Below the pieces are notes generated by a model. That model was not told where the DNA came from. It did not search any database and saw nothing but the letters and a program-made list of their open reading frames with translations. A program made the position numbers and the translations under genes. Shown piece by piece: positions 27,734-38,351 of a DNA stretch of 49,502 bases. Position 1 is the first letter of the stretch. Every line of letters starts with the position of its first letter. Source of the stretch: an uncultured Pseudomonadota bacterium (lineage in GTDB: Bacteria > Pseudomonadota > Alphaproteobacteria > Rs-D84 > CACZYB01); assembly GCA_902785275.1 (NCBI GenBank), contig CACZYB010000007.1, positions 1-49,502 on the forward strand, in the 5' to 3' direction.

Positions 27734-28685
27734 CTCCCTTTAATCCAACAAAAACAAAATTTCCATTATCTACTTTTCTATTTAGCACTATCTTGCGCTT
27801 ATATTTACTAAATATATATGCTTCGCCAGGGAAATTAAAATCTTTCAAGAAATCTAATGTATGTTTTACTTTTCTATTTGAATATTCACAATCATAAGTT
27901 TTAAACTCACACAATCTATTTGCTGTTCTATAGAAATCCATTTTTTCTACATCATCTGTCATTCCATAATCACACAAAAATTCTTTACCAACTTTCGTCG
28001 AACATTTATCGTTTTTTAATTTTGGATTATAGCAACATGTATAATATCCACCAACTTTCTTTGGACCATTTTCAAGTGATGTTAATCTGTTAAATGAGCA
28101 AGAAAAATTTCCACCAACAAATTCCGGCGCACCTTCTAAAGACTGCAAATTATTCATTGTACAAACAAAATCACCATCAACTTTAGAAGGTGCTCCCTTC
28201 AACGAACTAAGTCTTTTTGAAGTTACAAAAAAATCTCCCTTAACATGAACATTCGAAAAATCAGGAATTTCATGATATGTTTTATCCAATTGAAAATTAC
28301 CTGTTTCATACTTTTTATCCTTTGGTAATTTGTCATAAACACTGTAAAATTTACCATCTTTATCCCAAACAAGACCTGAAAAAAATTCGATTTGTTTACT
28401 ATGTTTAATATCAATACTATCTTTAGAAATACCTACATAATTTAAAAATTCTGCAACATATTTTGTATTACAAGCCAAAGAATAGCACCCAATTATCTTT
28501 CCATTTTTAACAGGAAGAAAAGCTAAATAACAATCTTTATCTTTCGGATTTTTATCTTTATCATAAAAGTTTAAAACTCTAATATCACCATCTTTTCCCC
28601 ATGAATCCTTATTATAAATATTCAAGTCAATAAGATTTTCTCCACCATCAAGGGAATAATCGATGTTTTTATCTAGTATTTTCAT
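27717..28685 (-). CDS. Hypothetical protein with 21-aa LRR-like SLEGAPxxVGGxFxCxxN repeats
   Basis: Three tandem repeats plus one degenerate copy; RBS GGAGG before ATG 28685. Confidence 0.75.
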   Translation of the reverse strand: MKILDKNIDYSLDGGENLIDLNIYNKDSWGKDGDIRVLNFYDKDKNPKDKDCYLAFLPVKNGKIIGCYSLACNTKYVAEFLNYVGISKDSIDIKHSKQIEFFSGLVWDKDGKFYSVYDKLPKDKKYETGNFQLDKTYHEIPDFSNVHVKGDFFVTSKRLSSLKGAPSKVDGDFVCTMNNLQSLEGAPEFVGGNFSCSFNRLTSLENGPKKVGGYYTCCYNPKLKNDKCSTKVGKEFLCDYGMTDDVEKMDFYRTANRLCEFKTYDCEYSNRKVKHTLDFLKDFNFPGEAYIFSKYKRKIVLNRKVDNGNFVFVGLKGVDDER

Positions 28686-28781
28686 AAGAAACCTCCAATA
28701 TAATATTAACAACTAGCCAATATATACTGGAACAACTAGCCTTAGTATATCATATTTTTTACCTCAACACAAGTACTTTTT

Positions 28782-29630
28782 TTAAGAATGTAAAATCAAT
28801 TCTAAAACAAATCCTAAAATAACACCAATACAATAAAGCGTTCCTGTAATCTTAAGGTTTTCTTTTACATTTTTATTCATCTTGAAAAGCACAACCAAAC
28901 CAACGCCTGATACAGCTAGAAGTCCGGCAATAAGAGATGAAACACTTATCGCACCACTAAGGTAAAGTTTTGATAAAATTACGGATGAGGCACAGTTTGG
29001 AATGAGACCTATTGCAGTAACAATAAATTTTGAAAATATAAAGTTATCAGATAAAATCTGACTTATTTTTTCTTCGCCAATTCCTTCGACCAAGCTTCCA
29101 AAAATAAATGTTACGATAAGAATCCAAAATGAAATTTTCATTGTATGCTCTATCGCAGAATACAAAATATTTTCCCCACAATGACAATTAGAACAATTAC
29201 AAAATTCCTTTATTTTAAGATTTTGCTGCTTCTTTTTGAAAATCGCATCAAGCAAAAATCCAACCACAACCGCACAAATAAACTTTATCGAAAGCACCTC
29301 TACAACAAACTCTAATGAAACACCTTCGGATAAAAATATCGCCACCATTTCATCGGATGTAGCAAGAAAAACAGCAAATAAAGTCCCAATCGTAATCACC
29401 CTTGTCGAATAAAAACTTGCAGCAATAGCACTAAACCCGCAATGTGGAAAAAGTCCACAAACAGACCCCACCAATGGACCAAACTTGTTCGATTTTTGAA
29501 TGATTTTCGTAATCTTTTTTTGTGATTTATGCTCCACAAACTCCAAAATCAAATACGCCACAAACAAAAAAGGAAGCAAATTCAATGTATCCAAAAAGCT
29601 GTCCTTTAAAATATCCCAAACATTAATCAT
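28782..29630 (-). CDS. Putative metal (manganese) transporter / permease
   Basis: Two-fold repeat with GLFPHCGFS and GLIPNCASS, ATSDE, central CNCSNCHC loop, ~8 TM segments; RBS GGGAGG before ATG 29630. Confidence 0.75.
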   Translation of the reverse strand: MINVWDILKDSFLDTLNLLPFLFVAYLILEFVEHKSQKKITKIIQKSNKFGPLVGSVCGLFPHCGFSAIAASFYSTRVITIGTLFAVFLATSDEMVAIFLSEGVSLEFVVEVLSIKFICAVVVGFLLDAIFKKKQQNLKIKEFCNCSNCHCGENILYSAIEHTMKISFWILIVTFIFGSLVEGIGEEKISQILSDNFIFSKFIVTAIGLIPNCASSVILSKLYLSGAISVSSLIAGLLAVSGVGLVVLFKMNKNVKENLKITGTLYCIGVILGFVLELILHS

Positions 29631-29714
29631 TTTAACCTCCCAATTTAAATTTAAAGATAACAAAATATCCGCACCAAGTCAATAGAAACAAAAAACTCTT
29701 TTACCCAACACTTC

Positions 29715-31223
29715 TTAAATTTTTCTTCTAAAATTAAGTGCCATAGAAATATCTTCCGGTAAAACTTTGTCACGGAACGACATATCCGCAACTGTCCTTG
29801 CCACACGCATAGTTTTATAATATGCACGAGCTGAAAGTTTCAATTTTTCCGCAGATTTTGTAAGAAGTGTTAAAGCTTCAGGTGACAAATTTGCACACTC
29901 CTCAATCTCACTTCCAGAAAGATGAGCGTTAAGTATTTCCACATCTCCAAAATATTTTTTAAGCCTTAAATTTTGAAATTCACGAGCCTTTATCACCCTT
30001 GCCTTCACAACTTCGGAACTTTCACTTGGTTTAAGCGAAGCAAGCTCCCACGGGTTAATATTTTCCACACCAACAGTCAAATCGATTCTATCATAAAGTG
30101 GGCCACTAATCCTGTTTTGATACTTTTGTGCACAAAGTGGAGCCATAGAACATTGACAGTCCGGCTCACCAAAATGCCCACACTTACAAGGATTCATCGC
30201 CGCCACCAGCTGGAACTTTGCCGGATAAGTAATATGTCCATTCGCACGGGCGACACTAACCACACCCGTTTCAAGTGGTTGACGCAAACTATCCAACGCT
30301 TGTGATGAAAACTCTGGTAATTCATCCAAAAATAAAATTCCGTTATGTGCCAAGGAAACCTCACCAGGTTTCGCATGAAGTCCACCACCAGTCAATGCTA
30401 CCTGAGACGCAGTATGGTGTGGAGAACGGAATGGACGCACAATAGAAAGTCCATTTTCTCCCAATTCCCCAGCAACAGATTTTATCGTAGAAATTTCTAA
30501 CGCCTCACGCGCAGTCATAGGCGGAAGTATGGTCGGAAGTCGTGATGCAAGCATAGACTTTCCAACACCCGGTGGACCAATCATAAGAAGATGATGACCA
30601 CCAACCGCAGCAATCTCCAACGCCATTCGAGCCATCTCCTGTCCCTTAATATCAGCCATATCCACAGAATATTTTTGCTCAAACCTTGGTGGTTCAGAAG
30701 AATTAGAAATAATCTGTGTCCCCTTAAAATGATTTATCAATTCAAGAAGATTTGCAGGACCAAGCACATCTTTATTTCCTGCCCACAAAGCCTCCGCCAC
30801 CTGTGGTTCAGGACAAATTATTCCAAGATTATTTGCAAGCGCAGACATAGATGTTGGCAAAATTCCATTTACTGACTTTATCACACCATCAAGCCCAAGT
30901 TCACCAAGTATCATATAGTTTTGAACTTCCTCCTCTGGTATAACATTAAGTGCAGTCAACATAGCAACCGCAATAGGCAAATCGAAATGGGATCCTTCCT
31001 TCACAACATCAGCCGGAGCAAGATTCACAATAATTCTTTTTGCAGGCAAAGCAAACCCCATAGAAGAAAATGCAGATTGTATACGTTCCTTCGCCTCACT
31101 TATAGCCTTATCCGGAAGCCCAACAATAGAAAACTTAGGTAGCCCCGCCGAAATCATAACCTCGACCGAAACTTTTATAACATCAATCCCACAAAACGCC
31201 GGTGTCCAAACCTTTGCTAACAT
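29715..31223 (-). CDS. comM: YifB/ComM Mg-chelatase-like AAA+ ATPase
   Basis: IVGLPDKAISEAKER, NLAPAD, GPPGVGKS, RPFRSPHH, FLDELPEF, AAMNPCKCG; start MLAKVW at 31223. Confidence 0.93.
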   Translation of the reverse strand: MLAKVWTPAFCGIDVIKVSVEVMISAGLPKFSIVGLPDKAISEAKERIQSAFSSMGFALPAKRIIVNLAPADVVKEGSHFDLPIAVAMLTALNVIPEEEVQNYMILGELGLDGVIKSVNGILPTSMSALANNLGIICPEPQVAEALWAGNKDVLGPANLLELINHFKGTQIISNSSEPPRFEQKYSVDMADIKGQEMARMALEIAAVGGHHLLMIGPPGVGKSMLASRLPTILPPMTAREALEISTIKSVAGELGENGLSIVRPFRSPHHTASQVALTGGGLHAKPGEVSLAHNGILFLDELPEFSSQALDSLRQPLETGVVSVARANGHITYPAKFQLVAAMNPCKCGHFGEPDCQCSMAPLCAQKYQNRISGPLYDRIDLTVGVENINPWELASLKPSESSEVVKARVIKAREFQNLRLKKYFGDVEILNAHLSGSEIEECANLSPEALTLLTKSAEKLKLSARAYYKTMRVARTVADMSFRDKVLPEDISMALNFRRKI

Positions 31224-31302
31224 AAAAAAACTCCCATTAAAAATTAAGAACAAATATAAAACATTTTTCAAATACAGTCAAGAATTTTTTCTTATTATAT
31301 TA

Positions 31303-31331
31303 TTGACAAAACAAAATATTTCAACTATATT
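31303..31331 (+). promoter_or_regulatory. sigma70 promoter of the 350-aa orphan
   Basis: TTGACA-17 nt-TATATT. Confidence 0.6.
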
Positions 31332-31352
31332 ATCATGAATAGGATGTAAAAA

Positions 31353-32405
31353 ATGAATAATATAGACCTTAACACTTTGCTTCAAGCAAAGATATATTAT
31401 TATTTTCATACCATTGGATATATCCCAAAGGACAGTGCTCTATTTCAAAAATTAAAAAAGAATTTATTAATAGATAAACTTCCAGAAAACATTTCAGATG
31501 AAGATATTAAAAAGGCTCAAACAAACATCCTTATCTATAAATACATTTGTATGAATGAAGAACTTTTCAAGGCAACAAAAGAAATTAAAAATTGCACAAA
31601 AAAAGCATTAGAATTTTTAGCAGACGCCGGCGATATTGATGCGTGCTATGCTGTATCACAGTTTTATCACAACATAACATTGAATGTTTGTTATAATATC
31701 GATGAAACAAAAACCTATGTTGCATTAAAAAACACTTTATTAAATGGTAAAAATCCAAATAACAAAGAATATCTTGAAAATATAAAAAAAAGCAGATTAT
31801 TAATTTATCATGGTGGGAAAAACGCAAACCAAGCTTCAATGAACACAAACCTTTTGTGGATTTACAAAAATGATATAAGCAAGACTGCAAACAAATGCAA
31901 AGATGAAACTTTGATGGAAAAAGCACGAGAGTTAGCTTATGCCTCTGCACAAATTGATAATATCAAAAAAGGTATTCTTTTCACCGGAAACCCAGATGCT
32001 GAATATTCATATTTCAGAAAACACAAAAAAGAAAATGATACGACATTGTTACTAAGGCTTGTCGTCTCCGCATCAAGGGTTAATTTTTTAATGGAAAATC
32101 CAGACTTCAATATTGGCTCTGCTGATGCTCAATGGAGACTTTTCAACAGTATGAAAAAAGGTATAGACCTTAGTGAATTTGGTATTGATTATAACGATAC
32201 AAAACTTCAACAAATCTTGCTTGAAAGTTCCGCCCGCATTGACGAAGTAAAATACAATGATATAGTAAACAATTACAGTGGAAACACAAATGCACTTATA
32301 TACTACTACGATAAAATAAATCGTAATAAATGCGATAAAAAATATAAGAAGATTAAGAAGAGTATTTCCGACTTTTTCGTAAAAAATCACATAAAACTTA
32401 AATAA
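31353..32405 (+). CDS. Hypothetical helical protein with degenerate Sel1-like motifs
   Basis: LADAGDIDACYAV, GNPDAEYSY, GSADAQWRL, GNTNALIYY; no signal peptide. Confidence 0.65.
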   Translation: MNNIDLNTLLQAKIYYYFHTIGYIPKDSALFQKLKKNLLIDKLPENISDEDIKKAQTNILIYKYICMNEELFKATKEIKNCTKKALEFLADAGDIDACYAVSQFYHNITLNVCYNIDETKTYVALKNTLLNGKNPNNKEYLENIKKSRLLIYHGGKNANQASMNTNLLWIYKNDISKTANKCKDETLMEKARELAYASAQIDNIKKGILFTGNPDAEYSYFRKHKKENDTTLLLRLVVSASRVNFLMENPDFNIGSADAQWRLFNSMKKGIDLSEFGIDYNDTKLQQILLESSARIDEVKYNDIVNNYSGNTNALIYYYDKINRNKCDKKYKKIKKSISDFFVKNHIKLK

Positions 32406-32459
32406 AAAAATTACCTAATTTTACATGAGATTTTTTTTAAACTTATCAAGTATCAGTAA

Positions 32460-32942
32460 TTATCTAACCTGATTAAAATTCTTTTCAATCACAGTCTGTA
32501 ACTTTGTCTTAACCTTTGGTGCATTCATAACACCACCAACAACCAAACCACCCAATATTGCTGAAAGTATATAATTACGAACAATACGACGATTAAATTT
32601 ACGAACCAAAGCATCCTTCTTTTTATCAGAAAATTTTGTCCTTAATTTTGATTGATAAGCCATTTTTAAAAGTATTTCTTGATCAAGTAATCCAAGCTGA
32701 CTTATCTTATACTTTGGTAAAAATCTCTCCATTTTTTTAGGTTTTAAACATACAGTATCATTTTCACTAAAAACTGTAGCATCCATACGCTTTGATTTAC
32801 CAGAATTAGAATTTTTAAATCCGCTTAAAATTGCATCAACTTCTTTCTTTGTTAAAGGACGATCTTCATCATTAAGAATTTGGTTATCTTCAAAAACTTT
32901 CTTCCTTTTTTCAACATATTCTTTTCCTTTTTGGGTAATCAT
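32460..32942 (-). CDS. Hypothetical basic protein with one C-terminal hydrophobic segment
   Basis: RBS GGAG, 15 nt downstream of nrdR. Confidence 0.7.
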   Translation of the reverse strand: MITQKGKEYVEKRKKVFEDNQILNDEDRPLTKKEVDAILSGFKNSNSGKSKRMDATVFSENDTVCLKPKKMERFLPKYKISQLGLLDQEILLKMAYQSKLRTKFSDKKKDALVRKFNRRIVRNYILSAILGGLVVGGVMNAPKVKTKLQTVIEKNFNQVR

Positions 32943-32957
32943 TTAAAATCTCCATAT

Positions 32958-33512
32958 TTAAAAGAGTTCATCTTTTTTTACAATCGGACTAAAATCAGTA
33001 TCCAATGAACATTTATCATATGATTTTGCCAAAACAACATCCGATTCATTATCATCCAAAACTTCTTTTTTTATCTTATCAATAAACTTTGAAAAATCAT
33101 CTTTTGTATCGAAATTATAATAAACCGAAGCAAATCTAATATACGCAACAATATCAAGTGATGAAAGTATCTCCATTGCCAAGCTTCCAATCTCACGTGA
33201 AGAAACCTCTCCTTCACCCGTTGTTTCAAGCTGGCGTTGTATCGACGATACAATTTTATCAATTCTTTCCTCTGATATAGGACGTTTTTTACAAGCAAGT
33301 TTTATAGAATTAAGAAGTTTTTCGCGTTCAAATGGAACAACAATTCCATTTGATTTTTTAACCATAATATCCTTTAATTGCACACGTTCAAAAGTTGTAA
33401 ATCTTGAACCACATTCAGTACAAAACCTACGACGTTTGATATAAGATCCATCTTCCGCAACTCTTGAATCTTTCACCTGAGTATCTGGAGAAGCACAAAA
33501 AGGACAACGCAT
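32958..33512 (-). CDS. nrdR: Transcriptional repressor NrdR
   Basis: MRCPFC, VKDSR, RRRFCTEC, RFTTFE, ATP cone, AYIRFASVY. Confidence 0.97.
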   Translation of the reverse strand: MRCPFCASPDTQVKDSRVAEDGSYIKRRRFCTECGSRFTTFERVQLKDIMVKKSNGIVVPFEREKLLNSIKLACKKRPISEERIDKIVSSIQRQLETTGEGEVSSREIGSLAMEILSSLDIVAYIRFASVYYNFDTKDDFSKFIDKIKKEVLDDNESDVVLAKSYDKCSLDTDFSPIVKKDELF

Positions 33513-33524
33513 AATAAAACTCCC

Positions 33525-34847
33525 TTAAACATCTTCCTTATAAACATCAATATCTGCACCAAGAGCCCTTAAATTTTCAACAAAATTTTCATACCCTCTG
33601 TAAATATGATAAACTCTGTGAAGTACAGTTTCTCCTTCAGCAACAAGCCCAGCCAAAGTAAGTGCCGCACCACTTCTTAAGTCCGATGCCATAACATCCG
33701 CAGCATAAAGTTGTTTAACACCATTAAACTTTGCTAAACTATCGCCAAGTATTTCAATATTCGCCCCCATACGAACAAGCTCTGGTACATACATCAATCT
33801 ATTTTCAAACAAAGTTTCCTTTAAAACAGAAGAGCCCTTTGCCAAAGTCATAAGAGCCATAAATTGAGATTGCATATCTGTTGGGAACCCAGGATATTGT
33901 TCAACATCAATATTCACAGCTTTCAAATCACAATCCCTACCATCTGCAATAAATCCATCATCAGTAGGTGTAATTTTTGCTCCAGCCTCTCTTAACTTTT
34001 CAATAACACAATCCATTGTAGAAAGATCAGCATTTTGAACTTCAACAACACCTTTTGTAATAATACCAGCAATCGCATAAGTACCAGCCTCAAGTCTGTC
34101 TGGCATAACAGAATATTCTGTACCATGAAGACTGTCTACACCTTGAATTCTGATTATATCAATATTACCATCTTTTTCACGAGTAATCTTTGCCCCCATA
34201 GAGTTAAGCATATTTATCAAATCATCAACTTCTGGTTCCATTGATGCATATTCAATAATTGTTTCACCCTTTGCAAGCACTGCCGCTTCAATTGCATTAA
34301 CTGTACCACCATGAGTAGTAATATTTACACCATTTTGAACACGAACACGACCATTGATTTTTCCACCAACAAGTCTGTTTTTACCATCAACTTCTGGTGC
34401 AACACCAACAATATATCCATGATGAATTTCAATATTTGCCCCCAAAGCTTCCAATGCTTCCAAATGAATATTTACTGGTCTTTGCCCAATAACACAACCA
34501 CCAGGTGCAGAAACCTTTGCTTTACCACAACGTCCCATAAGTGCACCCAAAACATAGATTGATGCACGCATTTTCTTTACTATTTCATAAGGAGCCTTAA
34601 CATTTGTAACTTCTGGTGTATGAATAGTAAGTGTATGTTCAGCCTTATCCCAAACAATCTTTGCACCAAAATTTTCCAACAACTCCTTTAATGTCTCAAT
34701 ATCTGAAAGACATGGAACATTGTGCAAAACAACAGGTTCCGAAGTCAAAAGCGATGCAGGCATCAATTCAAGTATAGAGTTTTTTGCACCTCTTACCTTC
34801 ACGCTACCATTTAAAGTTTTTCCACCTTTTATTTTAAAATAGTCCAT
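33525..34847 (-). CDS. murA: UDP-N-acetylglucosamine 1-carboxyvinyltransferase
   Basis: GAKN, MRAS, PGGCVIGQRP (catalytic Cys), YPGFPTDMQ, DLRSGA. Confidence 0.97.
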   Translation of the reverse strand: MDYFKIKGGKTLNGSVKVRGAKNSILELMPASLLTSEPVVLHNVPCLSDIETLKELLENFGAKIVWDKAEHTLTIHTPEVTNVKAPYEIVKKMRASIYVLGALMGRCGKAKVSAPGGCVIGQRPVNIHLEALEALGANIEIHHGYIVGVAPEVDGKNRLVGGKINGRVRVQNGVNITTHGGTVNAIEAAVLAKGETIIEYASMEPEVDDLINMLNSMGAKITREKDGNIDIIRIQGVDSLHGTEYSVMPDRLEAGTYAIAGIITKGVVEVQNADLSTMDCVIEKLREAGAKITPTDDGFIADGRDCDLKAVNIDVEQYPGFPTDMQSQFMALMTLAKGSSVLKETLFENRLMYVPELVRMGANIEILGDSLAKFNGVKQLYAADVMASDLRSGAALTLAGLVAEGETVLHRVYHIYRGYENFVENLRALGADIDVYKEDV

Positions 34848-34867
34848 AATAACTCCTTAATTATCTA

Positions 34868-37540
34868 TTAGTAAATTCCATCAAAATTTGTTTCTGTATT
34901 TTCTTCTTTTGGTAAAAAGTTTTCATGCTTATCATCAAAAGAATTTGATTTATCATTATCAATTCCGAATGGTTCTGTACCTTCCTTAAATGCCTCTAAT
35001 ACGACATTGTAATTCGAGTCATCAACAGTCGCAGGCTTTCCTGTTTCTCTGTTTACACGAACCAAACTAACACCTTCTGGAACACGGAAAGCAATATCTT
35101 TCTTATTCTTCAAAACTTGTTCCATAAAATCCTTAAATACAGGTGCAGCTAACGAACCACCCGCTGCATAGTTACCCAAACTTTTTGGTTGATCATACCC
35201 AAGGAATACACCAGCAACCAAATCAGGTGTTCCCCCAATAAACCAAACGTCTTTTTGATCATTCGAAGTACCTGTTTTTCCACCAATAGTTTTTCCCTGG
35301 ATTCGTGCCTTCCAACCACTTCCACGTTCAACAACACCCTGTAAAATATTTACAATTTGATAAAGAGAAACAGGATCAGAAAGTTGTTCTTTATCATCCT
35401 TTACTTCCGGTGGCAAAGATGCATCAACCCATTCTATACTACTGCAATTTTCACATTCTCTTTTATCGTTTTTATAGATAGTTTTTCCGTTTCTATCCTG
35501 TACCCTATCAATGATATAAGTATCAATATTTTTACCACCGTTGATAAGTTTGGCAAAAGCCGAAGTCAAGCCCAAAAGTGTTGTATCACCACTTCCCAAT
35601 GCCATAGAAAGATTTGGTTCATCAACCTTTTTGTAAACACCAAACTTTAATGCATTTTTAAGAAAAGTCTTAACACCAATATCTTTCGCAATACGGATTG
35701 TTGGATTATTCTTTGACTTTTCCAATGCTCGTCTCAAAGTAATTTCTCCGGAAAAAGCATTATCATAATTTTCAGGACGCCACAATTCACCATCAGCCTT
35801 TTCCAAAACAACCGGTGCATCAAGTATCACAGATGATGGAGTGTATCCATTTTCAATTGCAGTCAAATAAACAAATGGTTTAATTGTTGAACCAGGTTGT
35901 CTGTATGCCTGTGTTACACGGTTAAACTTGCTTCGGCTATATGAAAAACCACCAACCATAGCAAAAATTCGACCAGTATGAGGATCAAGCACAACCATCG
36001 CACCATTAAGTTCAGGCACTTGTTGTAAAGAATATGAACCATTTGCCTCATCAACAGCCTGCACAAAAATAAAATCGCCAACCTTTAAAACTTGTTTCAT
36101 ATTTGTAATAGAAACAGGTTCATCCTTACCTTGTGGAATATACTTATTCCAACCAAGATTCGGAATTAAAATTCTTCCACGTTTTCCTTTTGAAAGTCCG
36201 ATACTTGCAGAATTTTCATCCACAGAAAGCACTATTGCTTTTTTCCAACCTTCATCTTCCAATCCAGAAGCCATATATGTTTTTGAAAGCCATTTCTGCC
36301 AAACATCATCCTGTACCAAAGCATCTTTTGTAAGTTCTGGTTCTAAAAGAGTGTCTTTATTTTCTACAAATTCAACTTCTACTTCTGTATTTTCTGTATC
36401 TATTTCCGGTTTTACACCTTCCCTACTTTTCTTATCTATATCAAAAGCATTCTTTTCAGCACCTCTCCAACCACGACCTTTATCATAGTCCAAAAGAGCC
36501 TTTCTCAAAACCTTTGTCGCAATTCTTTGATATTCAGGATTAACAGTAGTTCTCACAGCCAAACCACCACTGTAAAGTTGTTCTTCACCATAAATTCCAG
36601 ACAAAAACTTTCTTACTTCCTCTGAAAAATAAAGTGAATATTTTTGATTTTTAGAAATAAAACTTTCACTTACTTCTATATCATCATTTTTTGCAACCAA
36701 AGCCTCCTCTTCGGAAATATAGCCATCTTCAGCCATTCTATCCAACACCCAATTACGACGAATAATCGCCCTATTTTTATTTGTAATAGGGTTATAGTTA
36801 TTAGGAGCTTTAGGAAGAGAAGCTAAAAAAGCACACTCTGATAAACTTAATTCATCCAAAGATTTATTGAAATAGTTAAGCGCCGCTGCAGCCACACCAT
36901 AAGATCTAAACCCAAGGAATATTTGGTTAAAATAAAGTGTTAAAATATGACGTTTTGAAAATGCTCTTTCCATTTTCAATGCTAAAATAATTTCCTTAAT
37001 TTTTCTGGTCAAAGATTGCTCTGACGATAAAAAGAAATTCTTTGCCACCTGTTGGGTAATAGTCGACGCACCAACCATTCTTCTACCACCACCCAAAAGT
37101 TTGTTTTTAACGTTTACAATAGTTGCCCTTAAAATACCAACCAAATCAATACCAGAATGAGTCCAAAAGTTTTTATCTTCCGCAGAAATAAATGCATTAA
37201 TCAAGTTTGGAGGAATATCCTTAAGTGGAACAAAAATTCTTTGTTCTGTTGCATACTCAGTAAGCAAACTTCCATCACCAGCATAAAATCTACTTGTAAC
37301 AGGAGGTTTATATTCAGAAAGTTGGTTATAATCAGGAAGATTAACACCATACCTCATAAACACAAAAATAAAACTAAATAATGAAAAAAGTGAAACAAAA
37401 AACAATGCCATAAAGGCAATTTCCAACTTGCTTCTTTTCCTCTTTGTTTCGGTTGAATTTTTCTTTTCATTAACAGACACAGACAAAGTTTTAACTTCAT
37501 CTTCTTTTTTTACATTATCTGCATTTTCAATAAATTGCAT
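34868..37540 (-). CDS. mrcA: Penicillin-binding protein 1A
   Basis: Transglycosylase (AEDKNF, GASTITQQVAKN, RKIKE) and transpeptidase (STIK, SKN, KTG) motifs. Confidence 0.95.
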   Translation of the reverse strand: MQFIENADNVKKEDEVKTLSVSVNEKKNSTETKRKRSKLEIAFMALFFVSLFSLFSFIFVFMRYGVNLPDYNQLSEYKPPVTSRFYAGDGSLLTEYATEQRIFVPLKDIPPNLINAFISAEDKNFWTHSGIDLVGILRATIVNVKNKLLGGGRRMVGASTITQQVAKNFFLSSEQSLTRKIKEIILALKMERAFSKRHILTLYFNQIFLGFRSYGVAAAALNYFNKSLDELSLSECAFLASLPKAPNNYNPITNKNRAIIRRNWVLDRMAEDGYISEEEALVAKNDDIEVSESFISKNQKYSLYFSEEVRKFLSGIYGEEQLYSGGLAVRTTVNPEYQRIATKVLRKALLDYDKGRGWRGAEKNAFDIDKKSREGVKPEIDTENTEVEVEFVENKDTLLEPELTKDALVQDDVWQKWLSKTYMASGLEDEGWKKAIVLSVDENSASIGLSKGKRGRILIPNLGWNKYIPQGKDEPVSITNMKQVLKVGDFIFVQAVDEANGSYSLQQVPELNGAMVVLDPHTGRIFAMVGGFSYSRSKFNRVTQAYRQPGSTIKPFVYLTAIENGYTPSSVILDAPVVLEKADGELWRPENYDNAFSGEITLRRALEKSKNNPTIRIAKDIGVKTFLKNALKFGVYKKVDEPNLSMALGSGDTTLLGLTSAFAKLINGGKNIDTYIIDRVQDRNGKTIYKNDKRECENCSSIEWVDASLPPEVKDDKEQLSDPVSLYQIVNILQGVVERGSGWKARIQGKTIGGKTGTSNDQKDVWFIGGTPDLVAGVFLGYDQPKSLGNYAAGGSLAAPVFKDFMEQVLKNKKDIAFRVPEGVSLVRVNRETGKPATVDDSNYNVVLEAFKEGTEPFGIDNDKSNSFDDKHENFLPKEENTETNFDGIY

Positions 37541-37634
37541 ATCTCGTTTCCCAATAAAAAGTTAATCTCGGATTATTCTAGACTTAAAAATACTAGGTTG
37601 CAAGATAAAAATCAATTAAAAAACAAAGAAATAA

Positions 37635-38351
37635 TTAATCAACAGAATACAAAGAAAGTCCATTTCTGGAAAGCCATTTTTGAGCTTCATCCACATCCCC
37701 AGAATAAATATCTTTCACAACTCGCCAAAATTTATATGAATGGTTAAGTTCCTCTAAATGAGCAACCTCATGCGCAACAATATAATCTATAACAAAAATC
37801 GGCGCAAACCCAAGCCTCCATGAATACGAAATATTTCCATTACTTGCACAACTTCCCCAACGAGAAACAGTATCTTTCACAGAAACATTATTAAATTTTT
37901 TACCAATTTTTTTTGCATAGAACCTTGTTTTTTCAGTAAAATATTTCTTCATTTCAACTTTCAAGAAATCCTTAACACGTCTATTCAAAAATTCCGGATC
38001 CCCTGAAACGAAAATATAGTTTTCCTCAAACCAAACACCACGCCTTGCATTAGGTATATTTGATATTGTATATTCATGCTCTAAAAAAGTAATTTTTGCC
38101 CCGTCTTTTATTTCAACTTTTTCTGGTACTTTCTCAAGCTGTTTTGCAACCCAATTTTTCTGTTTTTCCAAAAACGCAACTGCCCTTGAATGTAAAACAT
38201 ACACAGGATAAGTTACCCTTATAACCTTTTTTTGAAGCTGTGGAGTAATCTTAATGGACTTTGAACGAATAGAACGTTCAAATTCAACCGGAATAACTTC
38301 ACTTGTTCCGTCCCCACGTTTTATAACAAAAGAATATTCATAAGCCTTCAT
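37635..38351 (-). CDS. YgjP/DUF45-like zinc metalloprotein
   Basis: SRWGSC, DYIVAHEVAHLEELNHS..FW. Confidence 0.9.
   Translation of the reverse strand: MKAYEYSFVIKRGDGTSEVIPVEFERSIRSKSIKITPQLQKKVIRVTYPVYVLHSRAVAFLEKQKNWVAKQLEKVPEKVEIKDGAKITFLEHEYTISNIPNARRGVWFEENYIFVSGDPEFLNRRVKDFLKVEMKKYFTEKTRFYAKKIGKKFNNVSVKDTVSRWGSCASNGNISYSWRLGFAPIFVIDYIVAHEVAHLEELNHSYKFWRVVKDIYSGDVDEAQKWLSRNGLSLYSVD

Noticed and set aside
29631-29714. Mn-sensing yybP-ykoY riboswitch ahead of the permease
   Set aside because: A TTGACT-17-TATCTT promoter lies ~30 nt from the start codon, leaving no room.
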